Source: an uncultured virus (IMG/VR IMGVR_UViG_3300046804_004946) (taxonomy: Duplodnaviria > Heunggongvirae > Uroviricota > Caudoviricetes). From it: a stretch of 64,000 nt of DNA. How positions within the stretch are numbered: the stretch's first letter is position 1; every line of letters starts with the position of its first letter. A program made the translations under genes and the position numbers. Positions 27,501 to 35,224 of this stretch are shown one piece after another. Under the pieces are notes generated by a model that saw only the letters and a program-made list of their open reading frames with translations, was not told the DNA's origin and did no database searches. Where the stretch lies: positions 1-64,000 of the IMG/VR virus record IMGVR_UViG_3300046804_004946; one strand, 5' to 3'.

Positions 27501-28599
27501 AATTATGTCATATAGTTCAGTAAATACTGGATATTTACAAATATCTGCTAGAGGTGTAAATGGAAGCACTATTAGGAATCATAGTGCTGGTGATATGGTT
27601 TACAAATATGAATGTAATAATGTTGGATTAGTAAGAATTAACACTACTCATACAAAACCAAATTCTTCTTACTTAAAATCATTAGAAACATCTGATTGTT
27701 ATTATCTACAATTCCCAAGAGAATATTATCCAAATTCTTGTTTTATTGAAGAAAAAACTTTTGGTGGATCTAATTGTAAAGCGTCACAAAATTACCAATA
27801 TAATTCAATTATTCCTAAATTCAATACTCTTACTCCAGGAGGAACTTCAATAAACAGTTCTATTAGAACAATATCGGGAACTAGCGCATCTGGATCAGAA
27901 GTATCTTTTGTAGATCAAGGTCTTTCTCCTATTTTATTAAATGCAAAAAATGATTTTGATTCGACAAGATTAATATCATCCAGAATTAATGAAATTAATA
28001 ATGTTCAATCTACACCTAGATTAAAATCAATGTTAATATCATTAACTTTAAGAACAGTTGATGTAAATGTTTCTCCAGTGATAGATTTGGTAGAAGGTTC
28101 TACTGTAGCATTGATTAGAAATAAATTAAATAGTCCAATTTCAAATTATGTTACAGATGATAGATCAAATATTTTATTAAATGATCCACATTCTTCAATA
28201 TACATTTCTAAACAGATTAATTTATTAAAACCTGCATCATCTCTTAAAGTTATAACAAATTGTTATAAATCATCTTCTAGTGATTTTAGAGTGTTGTATA
28301 AATTAATAAGACCAGATTCTAGTGGAGTTAAACAATCGTATGAATTTTTCCCAGGATATAGTAATTTGAAGGACATAAATGGAGATGGTATTGGTGACAC
28401 TATTATCAATGAATCTTTAAATGATGGTACACCAGACTTTTTTGTCGGATCATCTGCCGAAGGCGAATATTCAGAATATGAATTTACTGCAGATAATTTG
28501 GGTCAATTTGTGGGATTTGTTATTAAAATAGTTATGAGTGGTTCAAACGAAGCAAAACCATTAAAATTTAAAGATATTAGAGCAATTGCATTAGCATGA
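21541..28599 (+). CDS. Large virion structural protein (VrlC/DUF4815-like)
   Basis: PYFDDFD..KNFYKVLFKPGYPVQARELT, APGADR, YTMKDI..LE.RI, C-terminal DIRAIALA. Confidence 0.85.
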   Translation: MAKTNLNLSPYFDDFDATKNFYKVLFKPGYPVQARELTTLQSILQDQISAIGKNLFKDGSVVVPGDVSYDSNYYAVKINPIHLGLDVEFYYKELIGKRLLGDVSQVTCVVQNVLSRNDSIENVTTLYVKYLKSDSSFNNSGFSDGETLTLLDNIKYGNTTITSGNTIASLIESNSTSTGSAVSISPGIYYIRDFFVTVDKDTIILDQYSNTPSYRVGLSISEEFISAYDDNTLYDNAKGFTNYSAPGADRFKLKVKLSKQLLNDYDDTNFIEILRITNGVVKKIKDSTDYSLIKEYISKRTYEQSGNFSLSPFFVDVADSLNNLTDQKGLFTSNEKTEQNNTPREDIFCVKISSGKAYVNGNDIEKSSTTILDSRKTRSLNVSPQSPILFEMGNLIVLNNVSGCPAIGVGNTYTVSFFNKRKSSNTAGSGTTIGKARVYSFSLSDDTYKNESSRWNLYAYDVQTYTKLLLNTSTNNTVNVSSYVRGLSSGASGYVAESPNNSNILYIYQTSGSFIKNEQIIIDSNKDLIRTVSDIKVYGPQDIKSVYQDSSILSASGLSTDFSADIFLQKSISQNFNPSDTITINPNLSGISTVTSSSGLSFVGIKTESIIRYQVSGLSTETYNRVVYVSEDGLKMHVEAIPTVNNVCVGSLPTGSSVTSTFSLGESTIKNKEKSNLYVNLTNKNISNVDLSSSKITLVKQVSQKSTSSLGQLSLGVSGDFSITNGYFEPFSPGRYSIFYSDGSVEKLNSEKVEITNNGSDITFYGLKASQSANVTVVCTITKNLIRSKSKIYKRSQQLLIDKTSLQISNGISGLTTSNYYGTRVEDNEICLNVPDVSKIVCIYESTNSGVPVLDKLIFPTESVTNAIIGEKIYGSVSDAVGQIVSIQSSEINFVYLNSNKFQTNDTISFEESKISVSLLNVYKGSYIDKTNDFILDKGQKDQYYDYSKIIRNVGTNSPSKKLLIIYNSFEVSESDSGDLYTANSYNTNNFKNDISSLKDSVRSSDVLDFRPRVSKFTSLSSSPFDFSSRIFSSNQSSQIVVAPNESTTVSYSYYVPRIDKLILNKNGNFQLITGFASLNPQEPASVDDAMDIAKIEIPAYVYKIEDIKVSLIENKRYTMKDITRLEDRIQKLENFASLSLLELDVKSLQITDTQGLGLSKYKCGFFADSFANSTMVDYNNKDAKVSINSELGEMSTDVSIHSLKTQILPAQNINLETADYSSDLNLVDSNIKKSGDLITLNYSELEWGDLSQPFATNSENINPNGLSNHNGYLKLRPSVDLWVKTLNPYKGSFIRSQSEWTNNYLSNLFLNGEYSKKMRSRNVEFLASNLFPLTNYTSSFDGSSYINIIPKLLKISMTTGIFNIGETIEGYEGNVKVFSARLCSPNHKYGPYNSPSETYTLNPYQQTEILSDYSQSTTVLNIDTYSLSDNADGRFYGYVRSGLLIVGKTSGAQCVVSSQSLVTDNFGDLIGCFFVSNPFSQPEPSSTFNVGDKTFKLESSYTQLNKSTCESVLYLSENSNFSNNSIIRRPVLINSSASSRSYLSQTFKVDNTGGFLTSIDLYFKEKDASEKVTVEIREVDLGGSPTNKLLQDFARVQLPPNKINISPDGSVATNFKLSSPLYLERNKQYCLSVYSPSSSSYSVWTAISNNPTVTTQNYPQSEQVIYSNQFVGGSLYKPQNGNSPVPSLLQDLKFKLYKAQFVSSGTAFFTNPILSNTSVEEFYDQNIETLVDNPITGFPRKLIIGITTSYLNNFYNFGKRINFTGGNYGFIEKSGGKISGVTTTNVGAGYSNGTYLNVPLYTISGFGPNVFNATANLTFTDNKLSNTVIVQGGSGYSPGDLLGISTGYNPQGFGALISVSDINGTDTLLLTNLPGGDVPLGNNLIHYENNIAVSLAGTTVIRTPVIYNDLYSGNTFKVEHYNHGNHANNNYITIGGVFPDTSPEPLISNITSASNQISIANTSSFYTYDNSAVVGFNTGYVLINNEIMSYSSVNTGYLQISARGVNGSTIRNHSAGDMVYKYECNNVGLVRINTTHTKPNSSYLKSLETSDCYYLQFPREYYPNSCFIEEKTFGGSNCKASQNYQYNSIIPKFNTLTPGGTSINSSIRTISGTSASGSEVSFVDQGLSPILLNAKNDFDSTRLISSRINEINNVQSTPRLKSMLISLTLRTVDVNVSPVIDLVEGSTVALIRNKLNSPISNYVTDDRSNILLNDPHSSIYISKQINLLKPASSLKVITNCYKSSSSDFRVLYKLIRPDSSGVKQSYEFFPGYSNLKDINGDGIGDTIINESLNDGTPDFFVGSSAEGEYSEYEFTADNLGQFVGFVIKIVMSGSNEAKPLKFKDIRAIALA

Positions 28600-28796
28600 T
28601 GATACCAATAGAAGGACATAAAAATTTATATAGAGATGAAGAAACTGGAGCAATATTGAATACAGACACAATAGAATATAACAATTATATTAGAATGAGA
28701 AATGAAAAAATTAAACAAAAAAATGAATTAGATGAAATGAAAAAAGAGTTATATGAAATTAAATCTTTATTAAAGGAGTTGCTTAATGGATCCTGA
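28596..28796 (+). CDS. Small hypothetical protein (EGHKNLYRDEETGAILN, coiled-coil C-terminus)
   Basis: ORF track; overlaps the upstream stop. Confidence 0.8.
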   Translation: MMIPIEGHKNLYRDEETGAILNTDTIEYNNYIRMRNEKIKQKNELDEMKKELYEIKSLLKELLNGS

Positions 28797-28974
28797 TAAA
28801 ATTCAACTTGAAAATTTAAGTAAAAGTTTTGAATACTTCAAATATGCTTCTGAAATTGATAGTATAGATGATATTGAACAATTAAAAAATATAGCAAAAT
28901 CTTACTATAAACTTTATCTAAAACAGCAAGAAGTTTTATCTTCTTTGTCTTTTATACATGGTAATGAAACATAA
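28786..28974 (+). CDS. Hypothetical protein, 62 aa
   Basis: ORF track; SD AAGGAG. Confidence 0.75.
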   Translation: MDPDKIQLENLSKSFEYFKYASEIDSIDDIEQLKNIAKSYYKLYLKQQEVLSSLSFIHGNET

Positions 28975-29004
28975 ATACTTAATATATTACTTGGCATTAC
29001 AATA

Positions 29005-29343
29005 ATGGCATCAATATATGTAAGTAATCTTATTATTAATTCTGGAACATCCTTTTCTCAAGATTTTTTTCTAGAAGATAGTGCAACTAATTCTGCAATG
29101 AATTTAAATTCTGCAAGTGTTGCATCCCAAATGAGAAAATGGGCAGGAAGTACTGGTGTAACTACTTTTACAACATCTATTGTTAATGCCCAATCTGGAC
29201 AAATTAGAATTAGTTTAGGATCTAGCATAACTTCTACATTAAAACCTGGAAGATATGTCTATGATGTTTTATTAACAAACAATAGTTCAACTTCAAGAGT
29301 TGTTGAAGGTATGGCTTTAGTTAGAGAAGGAGTTACTAGGTAA
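29005..29343 (+). CDS. Probable virion structural protein
   Basis: LKPGRYVYDVL..RVVEG motif; late-promoter variant CATAAATA at 28970. Confidence 0.75.
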   Translation: MASIYVSNLIINSGTSFSQDFFLEDSATNSAMNLNSASVASQMRKWAGSTGVTTFTTSIVNAQSGQIRISLGSSITSTLKPGRYVYDVLLTNNSSTSRVVEGMALVREGVTR

Positions 29344-29349
29344 ATTAAT

Positions 29350-30195
29350 ATGGCTAAACCAGCATCTAGACAACAATTAATAGATTATTGTTTAAGAAAA
29401 CTTGGCGCACCGATTTTAGAAATAAATGTAGATGATGACCAAATAGACGATGCAGTGGATGATGCACTTCAATATTTTCATGAAAGGCACTTTGATGGTG
29501 TCGAAAGAATGTATCTAAAATATCAACTAACACAGGAAGATATTGATAGAGGATCTGCAAATGCAAAATCTCCAGTTGGATCTGGAATAGTTACGACAAC
29601 AGCATCTTCAAATATTAATGGAGTTTCTAAAACATTTAATTTTTACGAATCTTCAAATTACATACAAATTCCAGATTCGGTAATTGGTGTTGAAAAAATA
29701 TTTAAATTCAATGCCAGTACAATATCTTCTGGCATGTTTAGTATTAAATATCAATTGTTTTTAAACGACTTATATTATTTTAATTCAATACAACTTCTTC
29801 AATATGCGATGGTAAAATCTTATTTGGAAGATATTGATTTTTTACTTACAACGGATAAGCAAGTTAGATTTAATAAAAGACAAAATAGATTATATTTAGA
29901 TTTTAGTTGGGAAGGAAATAATGTGGGGGATTTTCTTGTTATAGATTGTTATAGAATATTAGACCCGAATGATTTTACTAAAGTATATAATGATAGTTTT
30001 CTTAAAAAATATTTAACCGCTTTAATTAAAAGACAGTGGGGACAAAATTTAATTAAATTTAGAGGTGTAAAACTTCCTGGTGGAATAGAATTAAATGGTA
30101 GAGAAATATATGAGGATGCGGAAAGAGAACTTGAAGATATTAAACAAAGGATGAGTTTAGAGTATGAACTTCCACCGTTAGATATGATCGGATAA
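29350..30195 (+). CDS. gp13: Neck protein gp13
   Basis: YCLRKLGAPILEINV, QWGQNLIKF.GVKLPGG..LNG. Confidence 0.95.
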   Translation: MAKPASRQQLIDYCLRKLGAPILEINVDDDQIDDAVDDALQYFHERHFDGVERMYLKYQLTQEDIDRGSANAKSPVGSGIVTTTASSNINGVSKTFNFYESSNYIQIPDSVIGVEKIFKFNASTISSGMFSIKYQLFLNDLYYFNSIQLLQYAMVKSYLEDIDFLLTTDKQVRFNKRQNRLYLDFSWEGNNVGDFLVIDCYRILDPNDFTKVYNDSFLKKYLTALIKRQWGQNLIKFRGVKLPGGIELNGREIYEDAERELEDIKQRMSLEYELPPLDMIG

Positions 30196-30196
30196 T

Positions 30197-31597
30197 ATGG
30201 CACTAAATCCCTTTTTTCTGCAAGGATCTCCTGGTGAACAGAGATTAATACAAGAACTTATAAATGAACACCTAAAAATATATGGTGTTGAAGTTTTGTA
30301 CATACCAAGAAAATTTGTTAGAAAAGATACTATTTTTAGGGAAGTTAGTTCATCTAGATTTGATGATAATTTTTCAATAGAAGCTTATGTAAGTAACTTT
30401 GAAGGGTATGGTGGATCTGGAGATATTTTAACTAAATTTGGAATGAGTTTACGTGATGAATTGGTATTAATTATTTCAAAAGAACGCTTTGAAGATTTTA
30501 TATCTCCATTTTTAGAAGGGATGGATGATAATGAAATAGTCTTGTCTACACGTCCTAGAGAAGGAGATATTATATATTTTCCACTAGGTCAAAGACTTTT
30601 TGAAGTTAAATTTGTTGAGCACGAACAACCTTTTTATCAATTGGGAAAAAATTATGTCTATGAATTAAAGTGTGAACTATTTGAATATGAAGATGAAATT
30701 GGAGGATTTTCTGATGTTAGTACTGCGGTCGATGAAATAGACGGAACTTTACAACAACAAGGGTATATTACATCTTTACAATTATTCTCATTTGGGCAAA
30801 CCACAACAGCAACTGCTGGAATTTCTAGTGGATATGTTCGTAGAGTGTTTATAAACAACGACGGTAATGGATATACTGGAATTCCTACTGTTGGATTTTC
30901 TTCAGCTCCAGCAGGCGGAGTAAATGCTTCTGCGGTTGCAATTACAACATGTAAAGGTGGAGTTTGTTCAATTAAAGAAATATTATTAATAAATCCAGGA
31001 GCAGGATATACTTCTATACCATCTGTAACCATATATTCTAACGGAAGTGGTGTTGGTGCTGCGGCAACTGCAGAAATAGTAGAAGGATCTTATGGTGCAA
31101 AAGTTGTTGGTATTACTACGTATGGTGAAGGATATGTAAAACCTCCTTTAGTAACTTTTAGTAGTCCTCCTGTTGGATCTGGAGTTACTGCTACCGGTAT
31201 TTCTGTTGTTGGTTCTTCTGGATCTATAACTCAAATATTAATTCGTGATGCTGGAATTGGTTATACAACTACACCAACAGTAACAATTGCTCCACCACCT
31301 TTATTAACTGGAATAGGAACTTATTCTTTTAATGAAGTTATACGTGGATTAGAATCAGGAACAACTTCTAGAGTTAAATCATGGGATAAAGATACCAACA
31401 TTTTAACGGTTGGTGTAATTGATGGAACGTTTATAGCAGGAGAAACAATAGTTGGAACTTCTTCTTCTGCAAGATATACATTAAAAGTAACGTCAGGAAC
31501 ACAATTTTCTGATAAATATGAACAAAACGATGAAATAGAAGAAGAGGCAGATCTAATTCTAGATTTCACAGAATCAAATCCGTTCGGTAATTACTAA
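30197..31597 (+). CDS. gp14: Neck protein gp14 (with Gly/Thr-rich insertion)
   Basis: MALNPFF, RPREGDIIYFP, FVEHEQPFYQLG, DFTESNPFG. Confidence 0.93.
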   Translation: MALNPFFLQGSPGEQRLIQELINEHLKIYGVEVLYIPRKFVRKDTIFREVSSSRFDDNFSIEAYVSNFEGYGGSGDILTKFGMSLRDELVLIISKERFEDFISPFLEGMDDNEIVLSTRPREGDIIYFPLGQRLFEVKFVEHEQPFYQLGKNYVYELKCELFEYEDEIGGFSDVSTAVDEIDGTLQQQGYITSLQLFSFGQTTTATAGISSGYVRRVFINNDGNGYTGIPTVGFSSAPAGGVNASAVAITTCKGGVCSIKEILLINPGAGYTSIPSVTIYSNGSGVGAAATAEIVEGSYGAKVVGITTYGEGYVKPPLVTFSSPPVGSGVTATGISVVGSSGSITQILIRDAGIGYTTTPTVTIAPPPLLTGIGTYSFNEVIRGLESGTTSRVKSWDKDTNILTVGVIDGTFIAGETIVGTSSSARYTLKVTSGTQFSDKYEQNDEIEEEADLILDFTESNPFGNY

Positions 31598-32394
31598 TGT
31601 TAGGAACTTATTACTATCACGAAATTATTAGAAAAACAATAGTTTCATTTGGAACTTTGTTTAATCAAATGTATATAAAGCATAAAGATGCTGATGGAGA
31701 TACTTATAGTGAAATAAGAGTTCCTATTTCTTATGGTCCATCTCAAAAGTTTCTAGCAAGAATAGAGCAACAGGCAAATTTAAATAAACCAGTTCAAATT
31801 ACATTACCAAGAATGTCATTTGAAATGAACTCTATTCAATATGATTCTTCAAGAAAATCCGGAGTTACTCAAACATTTAAAGCATCTGATGGACAAAATT
31901 TAAAAAAAGTTTATTTACCAGTTCCTTACAATATTGGTTTTGAATTAAATATTTTATGCAAATTAAATGATGATGCTTTACAGATTATAGAACAAATTTT
32001 GCCCTATTTTCAACCATCATTTAATTTAACAGTAGATTTAGTTGATTCTATAGGAGAAAAAAGAGATATACCTATTGTTCTGGATAATATATCTTTTCAA
32101 GATGATTATGAGGGAGATTTTTCTTCAAGACGGGCTTTAATTTATACATTACAATTTACTGCAAAAACATATCTATTTGGTCCTGTTGCTTCTACAACTG
32201 ATGGATTAATTCGTAAAGTTCAAGTTGATATTCATACAAATACTGATATAGTTTCAGCAAAACGTGAAATGAGATACACTGTTCAACCAGATCCGATAAA
32301 TGCTGAACCAGATGATGATTTTGGATTTGACGGTTCTTGGGAATACTTTGATGATTCTAAAACTTATAGTCCAACACAGCAAACTGATATTTAA
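31597..32394 (+). CDS. gp15: Tail sheath stabilizer/terminator gp15
   Basis: YYYHEIIRK..FGTLFN, VPISYGP, QILPYFQP. Confidence 0.95.
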   Translation: MLGTYYYHEIIRKTIVSFGTLFNQMYIKHKDADGDTYSEIRVPISYGPSQKFLARIEQQANLNKPVQITLPRMSFEMNSIQYDSSRKSGVTQTFKASDGQNLKKVYLPVPYNIGFELNILCKLNDDALQIIEQILPYFQPSFNLTVDLVDSIGEKRDIPIVLDNISFQDDYEGDFSSRRALIYTLQFTAKTYLFGPVASTTDGLIRKVQVDIHTNTDIVSAKREMRYTVQPDPINAEPDDDFGFDGSWEYFDDSKTYSPTQQTDI

Positions 32395-32399
32395 ATCAT

Positions 32400-32822
32400 A
32401 TGAAAAATAATTACGATAAATTGGATAAAGCATTAAACATTAGTAGTGAAATTATTGAGAGTGATTCTAAAAATTGTGATATTGAAATTATTAAACCAGA
32501 GCAAGATGATATTAAAAAAGATTATGAATATACCAGAGCAAATTTATATTCATTAATTGAAAAAGGACAAGAAGCAATTAATGGAATAATGGAACTTGCT
32601 GGTGAGGGTGGAAGTCCAAGAGCATATGAAGTTGCTGGTCAACTTATCAAAAATGTTGCCGATACAACTGATAAGTTGATAGATTTACAAAAGAAATTGA
32701 AAGATGTTGAAGAAGAAACGACAAGAACTACAAATAATGTAACAAATAATGCTCTCTTTGTTGGATCTACTGCGGAATTATCTAAATTACTAAAACAAGG
32801 TTTTCTAAATAATAAAGAGTAA
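32400..32822 (+). CDS. gp16: Terminase small subunit gp16
   Basis: DYEYTRANLY, PRAYEVAGQLIK, FVGSTAEL. Confidence 0.92.
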   Translation: MKNNYDKLDKALNISSEIIESDSKNCDIEIIKPEQDDIKKDYEYTRANLYSLIEKGQEAINGIMELAGEGGSPRAYEVAGQLIKNVADTTDKLIDLQKKLKDVEEETTRTTNNVTNNALFVGSTAELSKLLKQGFLNNKE

Positions 32823-32835
32823 CATAAATTTATCT

Positions 32836-34176
32836 GTGGGTAAAATAAAACCATTTAAAACTGTTGAAGCGATTGCTAAAAAGCATCGTCTTGATGTTTC
32901 GTTTATACAAAAACAGTTGGATATGGGAGAACCCATAGAACATGAGCATACAAAAGATCATGAACTTGCTAAAGAGATAGCACTTCAACATTTGGACGAA
33001 ATACCAGATTACTACACAAGACTTAAAAAAATGGAAACATCTGCAAAAAAAGAACATCAAAAATTTAAAGATGTTACTGAAGGAAAAGGTCTTTGGGCAA
33101 ATATTCATGCTCGTAGAAAAGCAGGAAAACCACCCAAAAAACCAGGAGAGAAAGGATATCCAAAAACTTTAGATATTGAAGAAGGTCTTAAGCAAGCTCG
33201 TAAAAATGTTGGTGCCAGTAGGTGTTGGCCTGGTAAAGTTGCCAAAGGAACAAAAATCAAAAATGGACGTGAAGTTCCAAATTGTGTTCCAGAACAAGTA
33301 GAGATGGTTAGATATTGCCCTAGATGCCAAAAAGAAGAAACTAGAAATGAATGTAAATATGGTCCAAAATATTGGGACATGTTCTCATCTCCTGTTGCAT
33401 TAGGATCAAATTCATATGATCCTAATTCTCCTCATCCAGCAAATGAAGAAAGAGATCATGAGCATTCTATGGCACGTTCGGAAATTTCAACCATTATTTC
33501 TGCTGCAAATAGACTCAAGAAAAAAATGAAAGGTGAGGGAAATATAGAAGCATGGGTTCAATCTAAAATTACAAAGGCGGCAGATTATTTGGATACTGCA
33601 GCAGATTATGTAGATAGTGGAGAAATGAAGTCGGAAAGTGTCGAATCTGGTCCAATTTTACCCAAAGAAAAAGGAAAAAGAGTTTTTCCAAAAGGAAAAG
33701 AACCAAGAGCAACGGGTGCAAAACTTCCAGATATTCGTAAGGAATCAGTATCTATTGAAGATGCAAACGGAAATACTTTTGCAAACGTTGTTGATATAAT
33801 TGGTCCAGATCATATGAAACCAATTGTTGATAATAATGGAGTTTGGAAAGGAAGTAAGCAACAAACTGTTTCAGAACAAAAAACATTTCATTATTTTATG
33901 GAAAAAGTTGAAAAGTCAAAAATGAAATGCAATTCCCCAAAGTCTGATCCTGTGGGTGATTCTCTCACGGGTAAATCTCATGTCGTAAAAGCATGTTCTG
34001 GAGGAACCGAAAAGATCATTCGTTTTGGTCAAAGAGGAGTTAAGGGATCTCCAAAAAAAGAAGGAGAATCAAAAGCATATGCAAGTCGTCGCCATAGATT
34101 TAAAACAAGACATGCCAAAAATATTGCTAGAGGACCAATGTCTGCAGCGTATTGGGCAAATAAAGTTAAGTGGTGA
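32836..34176 (+). CDS. Modular hypothetical protein, probable internal head polyprotein (446 aa)
   Basis: String of short basic modules separated by x-x-E sites; late-like CTAAATA at 32805; GTG start. Confidence 0.7.
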   Translation: MGKIKPFKTVEAIAKKHRLDVSFIQKQLDMGEPIEHEHTKDHELAKEIALQHLDEIPDYYTRLKKMETSAKKEHQKFKDVTEGKGLWANIHARRKAGKPPKKPGEKGYPKTLDIEEGLKQARKNVGASRCWPGKVAKGTKIKNGREVPNCVPEQVEMVRYCPRCQKEETRNECKYGPKYWDMFSSPVALGSNSYDPNSPHPANEERDHEHSMARSEISTIISAANRLKKKMKGEGNIEAWVQSKITKAADYLDTAADYVDSGEMKSESVESGPILPKEKGKRVFPKGKEPRATGAKLPDIRKESVSIEDANGNTFANVVDIIGPDHMKPIVDNNGVWKGSKQQTVSEQKTFHYFMEKVEKSKMKCNSPKSDPVGDSLTGKSHVVKACSGGTEKIIRFGQRGVKGSPKKEGESKAYASRRHRFKTRHAKNIARGPMSAAYWANKVKW

Positions 34177-34181
34177 TAAAA

Positions 34182-34490
34182 ATGAAATCTTTCAAACAAT
34201 TTTTAAACGAATCAATCACAATTAATGGCGATTTTAATGGTACTTTAAATGTTGGTGGTTCTCAACCAGAACAAGCAAGTGAGTCATTTTTTGCTGATAT
34301 AGTCTGGGAAGGAAAACTTTATCGTTTAGAAGTAGAAGGCAAGATGCTTTCTAAAAATGAACTTACTGAACAAATTCAAGGAGAATATCCTGGCGCAATC
34401 GTTCATAATGTTTATCCTGCTCAAGTAAATACCTCAAGAATTAAAAACGCACAAAGATATCAACCAGAAAGATTATCATGGGGTGAGTGA
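34182..34490 (+). CDS. Hypothetical protein with capsid-targeting-like N-terminus MKSFKQFLNE
   Basis: ORF track, start moved to ATG 34182. Confidence 0.75.
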   Translation: MKSFKQFLNESITINGDFNGTLNVGGSQPEQASESFFADIVWEGKLYRLEVEGKMLSKNELTEQIQGEYPGAIVHNVYPAQVNTSRIKNAQRYQPERLSWGE

Positions 34491-35224
34491 TTATGAGTTT
34501 TAAAAATTATATTTGGGATGAAAATTTTGAATTGAATGTTGCGAGGGGCAAGACTCGTGGTGCATCAACACTTCATAAATTTGGTGCAACACCAGGACAA
34601 GCAACAAACACTACAGCATCAGTTTGGGATAAACCAGATACTTTGTATCCCTGGAGTGCATTTAATACTGCAGGAGTTCTTGTAGCAGCACAAGCAAATG
34701 CATCAGACAATGGCAAACAAGTTACACTGATTGGACTTGATGCAAATTGGAATCAAGTTTCTGAAGTTTTTACTTTATCAAGTTCTGGAACAGTAACTGG
34801 AACACAAGTATTCAAAAGAGTTTTTCGTGCATATATTTCTTCTGGTGCAGAGAATGTTGCACAAGTTAGTTTTTCTAGGAATGGAACAGAAGTTCTTAGA
34901 ATTACTGCAGGACTTGGACAAACCCTGATGGCAGTTTATACTGTTCCTGCAGGATACACTGGATACTTATACCAAGGTGTTTGTAGTGCCCAGGCAGGTG
35001 CAGATGCTACTGGATATATGAAGTTTCGTTTTGCAGATGAAACCGCATTTAGAGTTGGTCATACTTTTGAAGTGTCTGGAGATGGTGGAGAGTATTTTTA
35101 TAAATTTGCGTTCCCAATACAAATGCCAGAAAAAACTGATATTGATGTCAGGTTAACATCAAGAAGTAATAATGGTAGATATACTGCTGCTTTTGATATT
35201 TTATTGATTAAGAACGAATTATGA
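34487..35224 (+). CDS. Hypothetical beta-rich, probably virion, protein (245 aa)
   Basis: ORF track; overlaps both neighbours. Confidence 0.75.
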   Translation: MIMSFKNYIWDENFELNVARGKTRGASTLHKFGATPGQATNTTASVWDKPDTLYPWSAFNTAGVLVAAQANASDNGKQVTLIGLDANWNQVSEVFTLSSSGTVTGTQVFKRVFRAYISSGAENVAQVSFSRNGTEVLRITAGLGQTLMAVYTVPAGYTGYLYQGVCSAQAGADATGYMKFRFADETAFRVGHTFEVSGDGGEYFYKFAFPIQMPEKTDIDVRLTSRSNNGRYTAAFDILLIKNEL

